Shown: positions 25,938 to 38,310, counted from the stretch's first letter. The stretch: DNA of 64,000 nt from Octopus sinensis (GCF_006345805.1 NC_042998.1:96348001-96412000); one strand, 5' to 3'. Translations and numbers: made by a program. The notes: a model not told the origin generated them from the sequence alone.

Positions 25938-26924
25938 CAGGAGTCAGAAGCGTGCGATTTCTGGACAATTTCAACCAGGCCGAGATATGTAGACGTTTCT
26001 TTATCGAATTTCCTGTTACCTTTTAGTTGCCTTATTTGTTCTCGTGTAAAACCAAAACTTTCTTAAGATTAGTGATGCACGTTTTCCAGGAAGGTATATA
26101 AACAAAAAGAATGCGTTGTTGTTCAGCTCTTGACACACACTATACAGATGTCCATGAGAAAAACAATTTTCGATCAGTTGTTGCCCAAAACAGAGATTTT
26201 GCCTGAAATTTATGAATCGGCATAGCAAAGCTGAATTGAATTAGAAACTGCAAATTTTTTAATACTAAAAATATTTCTTAGTCAGATAGCATCATTGGTA
26301 TTTAGGGTATGAAAGCATCTTCTGTCTTGAAACAATCAATCTGAGTTGTAGCCTGAGTAATAAGAAGCATTAATTTTTTAACCACCAGTCAAGTATCTAA
26401 GGCTAATCAAGATTTCATAGAAGCAAGACAGTGGCTCGTATTTTTCATAGAAATTGATGTGGTGGAAGCCCTACGAAGCTTCAACGAGTAGAATGGCTGA
26501 TATAATTTTGCAGTGTCTGGAACAGAATCTATAGATGTGTATTTGTGACTCTTCTGAAATACGATCCAATAGCTTATTGCTTATGCTATTGGTTGATACT
26601 TCTTGGTGTAAATATTGATCTTATAGTTTTGTTGGTGGTCATGAAAAGCTGAGAATATACTTGCCGTTAGTTCATTTACTTATCTGAGATTTTTAAATAT
26701 TTTCAATGTAAAAAACTTATCATCTGCTTAAAATGGGAAAGATGGGAATATTTCGGTTCTTCCCGGATAATTTCGGCTTAAACATTAAATGGATGACATA
26801 CAACTGCCCGTGTGGGAAAGAGGAGGGTAGAGAGAAAGAGAGGTGGGAGTATTACGAGAGCAAGGAAGTGATATAGGGAATAAAGAAAAGAAAAGAGTGA
26901 GAGATTTCGTCTTTCTGTTACTGT

Positions 26925-27245
26925 ATTGGCACTACGTCGCTTACGATTACATGGGTTCCAATCGATCCGATCAACGGAACAGCCTGCTCGTGAAATTAAC
27001 GTGCAAGTGGTTGAGCACTCCACAGACGCGAGTACCCTTAACGTAATTCTCAGGGAGATTCAGCGTGACACAGAATATGCCAAGGTTGGCCTTTTGAAAT
27101 ACAGGTACAACTCATTTTTGCCAGCTGAGTGAACTGAAGCAACGTGAAATAAAGTGTCTTGCTCAAGCACACAACGCGTCGCCGGGAATTGAACTCGTGA
27201 CCTTACTATCGTGAGCCGAATATCCTAACCACTAAGCCACGCACC
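26925..27245 (-). mobile_element. Family B tRNA-SINE, full length
   Basis: Reverse complement aligns along its length with 23507-23832. Confidence 0.9.
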
Positions 27246-27899
27246 TTTTTTTCTGTCACTATCGTTACGTATTTCTCCATCTTTCCTGATTAAACACGAA
27301 CCCCTTCCCTCTTTCTGCTTTCATAATACGTAAACGAAGTGTTGTAAAATAAGTAGAGGTTTAAGGTCGAAAAATTATTAGAGGGCTTTTGTCTATATTT
27401 GTTCAAGAACATCGTGAAGAGTGTATTTTTGTTGAAGAAAGCAAGTATCTAGAGTGAATATATAAATATATGCATTCAAAGTAGCGTTGGTGAACTTAAT
27501 GAAATAACCTCATGGATTCATGAAACATTTCCTCGAGATGTAGTCGTAACTGCAAATATAAGAGTTTAAAAGCAAAGACAATAAAAACAGCCACAGGCTT
27601 CCTGGAGAATTAGATATATAATACCGATATTATATTTATTCGAAACACTCATTATGAAAAGGGTAAATGTCAGAAACGTAAACTTAAGCAGACAGCATTG
27701 TTTTAGATTGATTATATTAAGCTATCTACTGCCTCCGGTAACAACAGAATCATTTATCACCACGATTTAAATCAAGCAGCTTGATTTTATTTATTTATTT
27801 ATTTAGTGTGTGTGTGTGTGTGTGCGCGCGCACGCGTTTCAGAGCTTCGGTATAATAGATGAGAAAGTGGTGTCATTTATCTTTGTGGCATAAAATGAA

Positions 27900-28794
27900 A
27901 CAGAAAAACTGGATGTATGTTAATTCCGTATCTTGCAGCATCGATTAACTGAAAAGAACCAGAAAAACTAGAAAAAATTGTTTTTGTTGATTATTATTTA
28001 AATTAGTTTCTTCTTCATTATGTGTTTACCAGAGCTGAAGAAGAGGTGTGTCCAAATAGATTCTATTTGGTATGTAACAAATTGTATGCTTGGCAAGCGG
28101 GAAGGACATTTTATATGAATAATTTAAGTAGTTATTGTTAAAAGAGAGAAATTAATGTCACTTTGAGAGTAACATTTCCTAGAGAATGTTGCAAATTTAA
28201 TAGAGATAATATTATTCTAAATGAACGCAAACTTCGGAAATATCGTTCCGTTTACACCCATTAGAAACTGCCGGCCATAATTAGTTTCCATGGAGTGCTT
28301 TAAGTGATAGATTTCCCACATGCTCGCTAACACTAAGTAATATGTGTAAAGTTGATATGAATCAGGCTACAACCACATAGTCTAGTTTACTTTAGTAATT
28401 GTTTCCGACATTAAAGATCGTATAAAGAACCAATTCAAATGTTTGTGACTTTAAAAAGGCTGTGGTATATCTACACACTAGCAGTACATTAATGCATGCC
28501 TACACATAGCAGGTTAAGTTAATCGTCGAGATTGGTTTCAGTTAGCTAAGTAAATATACGGAATTGGTTAAAAGTCACCTGACAGTAAATCAAAACCATT
28601 TAATTCCAGGTTTAAAACAAAAAATTATTTTATATGAGACTTCGCTAATAAGTAGACAAATATTTAAAAAAACGGTGATTTTAACTCACAGCATTCAATT
28701 ATTAAGTATTCATAATTGGGATGAATAAATAAAATTGAATATTAAGTATCTATGGAATTTTGATTTACTGTCGGGCGATTTTTAGCCAACCCTG
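27900..28794 (+). mobile_element. Very old Tc1-like transposon remnant
   Basis: Degenerate motifs (QHRLTEKNQK, KLYAWQAG, RMLQ, LSDRFP) and terminus ...CCAACCCTG followed by TA (28795-28796). Confidence 0.35.
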
Positions 28795-29373
28795 TATATA
28801 AACTACAATAGTTACTGAGCGTTATTGTACAATAAAGTATACAAGCTAAATACCTAACTGTTTATGATTGCGACCCATTTTGGAAAAAAACATAATGGAT
28901 CATGACCCTTTTAAAATATTGAAATGAAAGAGTATTACAATTTGTCCGGCGCGTTGTAATGTGTAAAGGATACAAAAGGATATGTTCGATAAAATCCTTA
29001 GAACAATGTAAGTGAAAAATTAGGCAAATGAAAAGAAAAATTAAAGGAAAGATATTGTATTACCTTACATAGATTGTTTAATGATCCTATAACACTTCGG
29101 GTATATTCCCCTTTCCAAATAAAAGAGAAAAATTATCGAAAAGTTCTGAGAAATGTGTTGATACCGACATGCCATTTTAGTGTTGTAAGTAAAAGTGTGG
29201 GGAGCACTTACCGTTTGATATTTTTCTGGCAAAAATATTACTCAATTCTTTCTGTAAATGTGATATTGCACTCTCAATGCTTATAGATATGTAACAAATT
29301 GAAGAATATTTTACATTTTATCAAATATTTCTTTCTGTGACTCTTCCAGAAATTCTTCTAAGACACAATTTAG

Positions 29374-29790
29374 GCCGTGACCCATGTACTTACTTGTACT
29401 TGTGGCGACATTCACCCTGGGCGGGTTGAGTCAGCTTCTTCTACTCATGGAAGAAGTTTCGTGGGAATATGTGGATTTCACAACAATCCCGCATGTGGGG
29501 ACATCCTGTTTGCCGCAGATTGTCCACAGACGCAGGGACAGAACGACCGAGGAGCCGTCGGTTGCCGAAGCAGACACTCCGAGGATTTTCACCAGAGCCC
29601 CGTCTGCCGGGTTGTGGCCCTAATACCACTCGGTGTCAGACCAATCCGCCTTGGGTGGCCCTACCAGGAACCGAAGTTCCCGACGGCATAGCTCTGACAC
29701 TACCCGTTGCCAGCGTCCCCACCACGGTGAGGAGGGGATGGACTTTGGGGACGCCGTGACCCAGGCGTTGTGGAACGTTGTTACAAGCAG
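29374..29790 (+). mobile_element. GC-rich non-coding element resembling an RTE-type LINE 5' leader
   Basis: GGTGGCCCTACCAGG...GGCATAGCTCT...CCACCACGGTGAGG resembles RTE 5' UTRs (recalled similarity). GCCGTGACCCA repeated at 29374 and 29753. Confidence 0.45.
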
Positions 29791-30340
29791 TATTATTATA
29801 GTACTTACCATATTTATCAATTACCTTATCTCCCAACTGTTAGTCAGCGAGATAACCTCTACGTGATCACTCTATTTGCTAGAAGTAGTAGCCAAATCTC
29901 TCACAATTCAAACCTGACAGTCTTAAAAGGAAGGACATGTTAGATAAAATCATCCTAGATCTGTCTAAGATCTAGGATAGTTTAGATCTACTTAATCTCG
30001 TTCAAACTGGAGCAACACAACAACAGTGACCAATTATTAACAAACTAAAATAATTCTCTCTAAAATTTTAACTAAGGTGAAATTATAGGATAATTCTTGT
30101 GATTATGAATGAGGACATCAAACCAACTTGAATATGAAGTTCTGATAAAATCTGACAAAGGCGCAGACGTGGCTGTTTGATAAGAAGCTTGCTTCCAAAC
30201 CACATGGTTCTGGGTTCAGTCCTACTCTTCTACTATAGTCTCGGGTCGACTAAAGCCTTGTGAATGGATTTTGGTAGAAGGAAACTGAGAGACGCTCGCA
30301 GTGTGTATGTATATATATATATATATGTATATATATAATG
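29561..30340 (+). repeat. Segment duplicated at 63213-64000
   Basis: Colinear match across the RTE-like part, unique DNA and a SINE head; roughly 97% identical by manual comparison. Confidence 0.95.
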
Positions 30341-30560
30341 TGTGTGTGCGTGTGTGTGTGTGTGTCCTCCCACCATCGCTTGACAACCGATGTTGATGTG
30401 TTTACGTTCCAATGACTTAGCGCTTCGGCAAAAAGAACCAATAGAATTAGTACTAGGCTTACAAAGAATAATTCCTGGTGTCGATTTCTTCGACTAAAAT
30501 CCTTTTAAGAAGGTGCTCCAGCATGGCTGCAGTCATGACTGAAACAAGTAAAAGAATAAA
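30160..30560 (+). mobile_element. Family C SINE, full length, internal (TA/TG)n
   Basis: GGCGCAGACGTGGCTG head, GGGTTCAGTCC B box, tail GACTGAAACAAGTAAAAGAATAAA. Confidence 0.85.
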
Positions 30561-30991
30561 ACCAGAACCAAGAATGGAACGTTTGCAAGATTCAACGAAA
30601 TACGATCAACAATAAGAAATTGCTTGTGAAAATTCGATATTTAATTCTACTCTAAAATTCGACTGTATTGTGTCTATATCTGGAAAACATCTTCCAGGGC
30701 AAAGCATATTTGTATGAGTATAATGAACTATCTTCCATTTTATCTTTTACTTGCTTCACTCATTGGACTGCAGCCATGCTGGGGCACTGCCTTGAAGAGT
30801 TCAGTCGAACAAATCAACCCCAGTAATTTTTTTTAAAAAGCTTGATACTTATTCTGTCGTTCTATCGGAGTCGAGTTACAAGGCCGTAAACACACACACA
30901 CACACAAACAATATATATATATATGAAGGGTTTCGTTTACTTTCCGTCCACCAAATCCACTTACAAGGCTTTGGTAGGTCCGGAGGTTATA

Positions 30992-32259
30992 CGAGGGGTG
31001 TTCAATAAGTAATGCCCCTGACCCACTTCCCATAGCAGTAGAGCAACGACACTTGGCACAGTTATTAGTCTTTTCCTACATAGGAACTACCCAGAGTTAT
31101 GCATTTCTCCCATCGTTTGATACAGCTCTGGAGACCGTTTTTGTAGAAGACCCCAGCTTGGTCCTCCAACCACGACGTGACTTCAGAAATCAAGGCTGCA
31201 TCATCTGGGAAACGCTTTCCTTTCAAAATCAACTTCATGGCTGGGAAGAGGTGAAAATCAAAGGGTGCAAGGGGAGGAGTTCATAGCTGCACGCCTGTGC
31301 TTCTGATCTGGCGACACGCGAGTTGTGGACCGGAGCGTTGTCCTGCAGGAGGAGGATGCCTTTGCTGATCTTGGCCCGCCTCTTGATTTTGATAGCTTCT
31401 CTTAATTTCCTCAAAAGTGAAGCATAATAGGCTCCTGTAATTGTGGTACCCTTTGCCAGGAAATCTGTCATCACTACTCCGTCCTGGTCCCAGAAGACTG
31501 AGCATAACCTTGTCAGCGGAGGGCTGCACCCTTGCCTTCTTTGGAGGAGGTGAGTCACGGTGCTTTCACTGCATTGACTGGGCTTTGGTCTATGGATCAT
31601 AGAGATGGACCCAGGTTTTATCCTGTGTGATCAGTCTTTTGAAAAATTTTGACTCATCTTCTTGGCACATCTCCAAATTCATCCTCGAGCACTCAACGCG
31701 TTCTTGCTTCTGGAAAGGTGTGAGCAACCTGGAAGTCCATCTGGCAGACACCTTTTGCATATGCAAATGGTCATGAATGATAGTTTCCACAGACCCGGTA
31801 CTAATATTGACCTTATGGGCTATTTGGCGAATAGTTATGCGTTGACCTTCCAAAATGGCAGCCTCAACTTGACGGACAGACGTCTCATCAACGGCAGAAG
31901 GGGGCGACCAGATCTGGGAGCTGTTTCCACAGAGTTCCGACTATGTTTGAATTCACAATGCCGGCGTTTTACAAGGTCATATGATGGGGCATCATCACCA
32001 TAAGTTACTTTCATTTCATCAAAAGTCTCCCGTGGTGTGCGTCCTTTCAAATACAAAAACCAGATCACTGCTCGACACTCAACAGGCTCCATTTCACACT
32101 TGACTCAGTTCAAACACCTGTAAATCAGAAACCACAATTAGTTCAGAGCTGTAATTCGCCACTTAATCTATAGAGGTATAAATAAGTGCACATGCAAAAT
32201 TTCAGCTAGATCAAACAACTGCAAGTGGGTCAGGGGCATTACTTATTGAACGCCCCTCG
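30992..32259 (-). mobile_element. Full-length mariner (irritans/Himar1-Hsmar2-like), 37-bp TIRs, TA TSD
   Basis: TIR CGAGGGGTGTTCAATAAGTAATGCCCCTGACCCACTT (30992-31028) and its complement (32223-32259, one mismatch). TA at 30990-30991 and 32260-32261. Confidence 0.95.
31065..32092 (-). pseudogene. Mariner transposase pseudogene
   Basis: MEPVECRAVIWFL...RSGRP, ITQDKTWVHLYDP, SADKVMLSVFWD, LLQDNAPVH. Frameshifts, and the YSPDL motif is deleted. Confidence 0.9.
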
Positions 32260-33070
32260 TAGTAGAAGGTATTTGACGAAGGTGCCACGCAGTAGAATTG
32301 AACACGGAACCATGTAGATGGGAAGCAAATTTCTTACCAGACAGTCACGCTTGCCGCATAATTTAACGTGCCATAATATTTATTCGTATGTGTGCGGGGT
32401 GGTGTAATTCGCTTCTTTTTTTTTTTTTTCGAAACATTCAAGGTTAATGAGAAATCTAGATTGTTGCTATTAAAACAAAACTATTCCGCAATTAAATTTC
32501 CATTATGTGAACAGAATACTTTGGCCTTAAAAATAGTTGGGACTAAGGTCGAAGGTGGTTGTGAGTAACAAGAACAATGGGAAAATGTCGTCAATGACTG
32601 CAACAACGATGACAGAAACGATTCTGATGCAAATAACGACGTTGATGATGACAATGATGAGGAGGAGGTGGAGGAGGCGGAGGGGGAAGAGGTGGAGGAG
32701 GATGAAGGTGATACGATGTCGATGACAACAAGGATAGTGTTAGTGAGAATAGCATTATTGACATCAGGAATTTTACACGACATTATGTGCTAGTGACAGT
32801 GCAGTTATAAATACATAACACAGTCATACTCCTCATCCTCATTCTACCCCTTCTCCGCCTCATCATCATCATCATCATACATTTCCTCCTGATGTCATCC
32901 TTATGTGCCTTAGCCTCATTCCCATCATCATAACCATCATTATTTGGTATAACTTTAGTGAGATGACAATAATAATTCATTGAATGCTGAACCGAGAATA
33001 CATACATACATACATACATACATACATACATACATACATACATACATACATAAAATTACATACATACATA

Positions 33071-33470
33071 AAAGACCTCAATAAAATGTAAGCCCAACAG
33101 ACCTGATATAAAGATTTGGGATTGAGAAGAGAAACTATGTACAGTTATGGAAATTAGCTGCCCAGGGTTGTTAACATAAAGTTGAAGATAAATGAAAAAT
33201 TGAACACCTACGCTGAATTATTGAGAAATATGCAGTTACTCTATCCAAATTACAAGTCCGAGTTTATAACTATAATTATTGGGGCCCTAGTATATGTAAC
33301 ACACTGCCAATCTTGACAAATTAGGCTTATCAAAATCAGAAAAGAGAAAGCTAATTCGAAAACTATAGGTCCAATCCATCAATGGAACTGTAAAAATCTG
33401 TAAAACTTTCTAGAAGTTTATCATTTAAATATATATGATCGTGTCTAGATATGCAACTATATGCATGAAA
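33071..33470 (+). mobile_element. 3' fragment of an RLE-type LINE embedded in (TACA)n
   Basis: Translates KCKPNRPDIKIWD*EEKLCTVMEISCP...EKLNTYAELL...IIIGAL...QSINGTVKICKTF (RPD...E..CP...K motif). (TACA)n at 32999-33070 and 33471-33560. Confidence 0.75.
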
Positions 33471-33587
33471 ATACATACATAAAGCATACAAATATGCACA
33501 TACATAAATACATACATACATACATACATACATACATACATACATACATACATACATACACATTTGCTATTTTAGTCGTGAAAAATA

Positions 33588-34186
33588 TTCTTTTCTACTC
33601 TAGGCACAAGGCCCAAAATTTTTGGGGAGGGGGACAGTCGATTAGATCGATCGCAATATGCAACTGGTACTTAATTTATCGACCCCGAAAGGATGAGAGG
33701 CAAAGTCGACCTCGGCGGAATTTGAACTCAGAACGTAGCGGCAGACGAAATATCTATTTCTTTATTACCCACAAGGGGCTGAACATAGAGGGGACAAACA
33801 AAGATAGACAAAGGTATTAAGTTGATTACATCGACCCCAGTGCGTAACTGGTACTTAATCTATCGACCCCCGAAAGGATGAAGGGCAAAGTCGATCTCGG
33901 CGGAATTTGAACTCACAACGTAACGGCAGACGAAATACCGCTAAGCATTTCGCCCGGCGTGCTAACGTTTCTTATTTCTTTACTACCCACAAGGGGCTAC
34001 ACACAGAGGGGACAAACAAGGACAGAGAAACGGATTAAGTCGATTATACCGACCCCAGTGCGTAACTGGTACTTATTTAATCGACCTCGAAAGGATGAAA
34101 GGCAAAGTCGACCTCGGCAGAAGCAGCAGACGAAATCCCGCTAAGCATTTCGCCCGGCGTGCTAACATTTCTGCCAGCTCGCCGCC
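33588..34186 (-). mobile_element. Trimeric family A SINE with 16-bp TSD
   Basis: Three monomers (34186-33972, 33971-33755, 33754-33588). TSD TTAGTCGTGAAAAATA at 33572-33587 and 34187-34202. Confidence 0.9.
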
Positions 34187-34614
34187 TTAGTCGTGAAAAA
34201 TACTAAACTTATGATTGCAGTGTAATTGATATCTCAAACGTCAGGAAACACAGCTTTCTCCGATCATAGCTGACCCTTGATTTCTGCACCCGGAAAATTC
34301 CTCCCTCTCAAGGTGTAGGCCTAGTCAAAACGTGTGTGTGTCTGTGTGCGGTGCGCGCACGCGTAAGACTAACAATTGCTTACGCATGCAATTCGGTTCT
34401 CTCCGTATTACCGGTGATGTCCAAGAGAAAGGTTGTCGATACAGCTTTGCACTAATATCGATACAAAGAGTCAAAATAGCCACCGGAAGACAAGCCTCCC
34501 TACGTTCTAGCAGTTCCGCCAATCATCCACCATGAATCAATGCTTTCTATGGATGTCAAAAGGACATCTGCAGAGTTCTAACTTCGAGCACAAACAGTTG
34601 GAACAAATACCTCG

Positions 34615-34960
34615 AGATAATCAATTCGATGCTCTAACGACTCTGTCAATTCACCGTCTTCCACTTAAAACTAGATTTCATATTACTGAATGAGGTATTG
34701 AGTCTATATTTTGCTAGATTGTAACTTTCGGGGTCGGTAAAATAAAACGACAGTCAAGTATTGGAGTTGATGTAGTCGACTGAACCCCACTTCTCTCGAA
34801 AATAGCTGGACATGGGTCAAAGTTTGAACCAGTTATGTACAAGCTTTCTTTCAGGATTGATAAAATAAAGTACCAGTCAAGTACTGGAGTCGATGAAACC
34901 GACTGGCGTCCCCCGTCCTCCTAAAATAACTGTCCTCGTGCCAAAATTTAAAGCAATTAT
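34615..34960 (+). mobile_element. Degenerate family A SINE fragments
   Basis: Two CORE-like blocks (GATAAAATAAGTACCAGTCAAGTACTGG) and tail GTGCCAAAATTTAAAGC. Confidence 0.6.
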
Positions 34961-36064
34961 GCAGAAAGCACTTTATTCAATTTGCTATTTTAGTCGTGAA
35001 ATATATTACACTTATGATTGTAGTGTGGCTACTGCAAAAAGAGAAGAAAGAAATTAGGTACTTACTCCATAAAAATGTTTTTATTATTTCATTTTACAAT
35101 AGTCTCTTCTTGAGTTGAATAAATTAATTAGACTAACCAGGATGTAATGAAGACGAAAACATGAGAAGTAAGATAAAATAGAAGATATTGACTGAAATTA
35201 CAATGAGCACATGTCACGATGTACTTACAGCTACACTTAGCAGGAGCAAAATATCTCGAATAAAAAAAATTTGATCCAATAAGAACGCACATAAAATCAT
35301 GTGCAACTGGTTCAAGTTGTGCTAGCTGTACATTATTTGATTCTTATATTTATTCAGTTAATTTCAGATTCTTGTCATATTTGTTGCAAATTAGATATTG
35401 TTTATATTACACAGACAACTCCCTTTTATAGTGAATAATTTCAAAAACATGACAATGCGGATGGAAGTGGTTAAGATATTGGAAAAATGGAGAAAATGAT
35501 ACATTATGGTACTTTTGTCCTTCTAGTTCTAGATGAACGTCTGGGTTCTTTTCTGTTTCTCTTCCTTTATATCATTATGTAAAGGCATGAATACCGTCGC
35601 AATGATTATGTTATTCAATACATCCAGTTGGTCAAAAATTTCTGTAAATAAAAGCTTTGTCGCCATTCTCGGGTGAATCTGACTTGGTGGATTGTACGAC
35701 GGTTTCACCTGTTGCTGCAGGGGCCTATGTAGTTACGAGCAGACATATATAACTGTCGAATCTACTACTGGCCTAGCGGAAATATCGAGGACGTGACATA
35801 TGGAGAGATAGATTGAGAGAGAGAGAGAGAAGAGAGAGAGAAAGAGAAAGAAATGCCTCTGCATGGTATTCATTTTCAGCTGAGAAAACTGGAGCAACGT
35901 GAAATGCCGTGCCTTGATCCAGGACACATCTTGCTGCCTGGAATCGAACCCACGACTTTATGACCATGGCCCAAAACTCTTAAACCACCTACCCACGCGC
36001 CTTCACTGCAGTATATTCTAGCAACACAAAAAGAGATTGATAAAGTTTCATCGGAATTCCAATC

Positions 36065-36238
36065 GTACTTAGGAAGAAGTCCCCAGTAATTAGCTTGTAT
36101 CTAATTTTATCGATCCGGAAGGATGAAATGCACAGTTGTCCTCGGCGGGATTTGAACGTAAAACGTAGAGCTTTGTAACTAAATACCGCGTACATTTTTT
36201 TCTGATACTCTAACAACTCTGTGTCATCCGCCGCCTCG
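36065..36238 (-). mobile_element. Family A SINE
   Basis: CCTCGGCGGGATTTGAAC, reverse-complement B box and core. Confidence 0.65.
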
Positions 36239-36816
36239 AAAGACTGAAATAAGTGTAGGCTAGAGGATTAAATTGTTTGCTTCACTCTAACATTGAACAA
36301 AGAAACCACATAAGCAGAACATATTTATCTTTTAGTTATTCTTTTTTGAATCCCGTGTCTTGTGACAGCGATCAATGTTTTTTCTAATATTTTTAAAACA
36401 TTTTTCATGGCCTAGTCGAGAGGAAGGAAATTAAGCTACTTGTTTACTGTTAAGAAAGAACCATAACAACATTTGCAATATTTTTCTGCTGGTCTTAACT
36501 TTTCTCTGTAAAGAGACTTGTCTTCTAGATAATATCTCTCTGTATTTGTTCCAAAAGTGTTGAGAACAAATAGCCTTGAACTTTCAACGTAGCTAACATG
36601 TCAGCAATTTCTGTGTCTGTTTACTTCAGTTGCTGGAAACTTGGATTCCCTGTTCTATATTTACTGACTGAGACAGATTCAAACCCGATTAGATCTAATT
36701 AATAATTTGAGACATCCTCAAACACAGTCAAGCGATATTAACCATTTTGAGGTTTTATATGCGGTTTCTTATACGCAACGCAATAGAAAATAATAATAAA
36801 TGAAAATGAAAAACGC

Positions 36817-36848
<32 letters not shown>

Positions 36849-36999
36849 CACACACACAATGGTAACAGTACTGATTTAAGGTTTTAGAAATCCAATACTT
36901 GATTATGGAATTATGGATTCTCTGGTTAAGGGAGGCAGAGGGTTTGATTATACCGAAATATTACACTGATAAAAACACAAACACTAATCTATAATGGCT

Positions 37000-37192
37000 T
37001 CAAATTTTGGCACAAAGACAGCAAATTTGAATGAGGGGAATAAGTCAATTACATCAACTCTAGTATTTCACTGATACTTTATTTTGTTCACTTAGGCGGG
37101 AATTGAGCTCTGAATGTAAACAGCTGGGAGAAATGCCGCTCAGTATTTTCTCTTGCGGACTAACGATTCAGTCAGCTCGTTGCCTTATACCA
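37000..37192 (-). mobile_element. Family A SINE, degenerate
   Basis: GCTTCAAATTTTGGCACAA tail and core on the reverse strand. Confidence 0.65.
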
Positions 37193-37364
37193 CTCTGTAA
37201 TAATTGTCTTTTTTAATCAGTCGACAATCTACCACACAAATCACACAGCATGCAACTTTGAAATATTTTCTGTCTTTCTCAGTAACAAAAAAATAATATT
37301 TTTTGGTCGATATTTCTACTAACGGAAGTGCTGTTAGACATTCGCTCAATATTTAATAACGTCT

Positions 37365-37560
37365 AAGGCGACGAGCTGACGGAATTGTTAGCACGTCAAG
37401 CAAAATGCTTGGCAGTTTTCTGTCTGTCTTTACGTTCTAAGTTCAAATTCCGCTAGAGTCGACTTTGCCTTTCATCTTTCAGGGTCCATAAAATAAGTAC
37501 CAGTTAAATACTGGAGTACCCCTTACCCGATCTTGCTGGCCTTGTGCTAACATTTGAAAC
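37365..37560 (+). mobile_element. Family A SINE
   Basis: AAGGCGACGAGCTGAC head through TTGTGCTAACATTTGAAAC tail. Confidence 0.8.
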
Positions 37561-37910
37561 TAATATTTACTATTGCTGTTTAATTGCGTTTGACTCAGTG
37601 TATTCTTCAAATACTTTCACTCCTTCTGAAACCGCAGGAGTGCTCTGTAGGACAACACTGTGTAGAAAGATTGGAATCCAAAATATCAGCAGTTTTGTTG
37701 ATGACTGGCCGCCCGCCACAAAGATCATTCTTTTAAACAGTCTAAACAATTCCAACAGTAGCTGCCTGTGAAGTTACTGGATGTGTATGATCTGTGACAA
37801 ACTTAAGTAGATTGTCTTTTCCACTCTTAGATCTAGATCAACACGTTAATATGGTGCAACAATCTAATACTGCTCGTCTGAGACATCTGACGCATCAAGA
37901 TTGAGTATAA

Positions 37911-38310
37911 GGCGGCGAGCTGGCGGAATCGTTAGCACGCCCGACGAAATGCTTAGCAGTATTTCGTCTACCGTTACGTTCTGAGTTCAAATTCCGCCGA
38001 GGTCGACTTTGCCTTTCATCCTTTTGGGATCGATTAAATAAGTACCAGTTACGCACTGGGGTCGATGTAATCGACTTGATTCGTTCGTCTGTCCTTGTTT
38101 GTCACCTCTGTGTTTAGCCCCTTGTGGGTAGTAAAGAAATAGGTATTTCGTCTGCCGTTACGTTGTGAGTTCAAATTCCGCCGAGGTCGACTTTGCATTT
38201 CATTCTTTCGAGTTCAATAAATTAAGTACCAGTTACTCACTGGTATCGATGTAATCGACTTAATCCCTTTGTCTGGCCTTGTTTGTCCCCTTGTGGACAA
38301 TAAAGAAATA
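37911..38310 (+). mobile_element. Dimeric family A SINE with ~11-bp TSD
   Basis: Second monomer starts at AAAGAAATAGGTATTTCG (~38135). GATTGAGTATA (37899-37909) / GATTGAGTTATA (38312-38323). Confidence 0.85.

Larger units (their letters stand above)
30740..32355 (-). mobile_element. Family C SINE split by the mariner insertion
   Basis: SINE sequence GGAGGTTA|TA|GTAGAAGG is continuous across 30991/32260. Confidence 0.85.

Noticed and set aside
28033-28069. 37-nt plus-strand micro-exon (CAG...G|GTATGT)
   Set aside because: Splice signals are good, but it lies inside an apparent Tc1-like remnant and has no supported partner exon.
29496-29576. HDV-like fold (GGGGACA/TGTCCAC, GTTTGC/GCAGAC, CGAA)
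   Set aside because: Only 7 nt lie where P3-L3-P3 (about 13 nt) must be, and GG after P1 is absent.
29952-29978. 11-bp perfect hairpin ATCCTAGATCT-5 nt-AGATCTAGGAT as a terminator
   Set aside because: Eukaryotic DNA, no U-tract; a small palindrome of unknown meaning.
37570-37771. Overlapping non-repetitive ORFs on both strands
   Set aside because: No recognisable domain or convincing splice sites.
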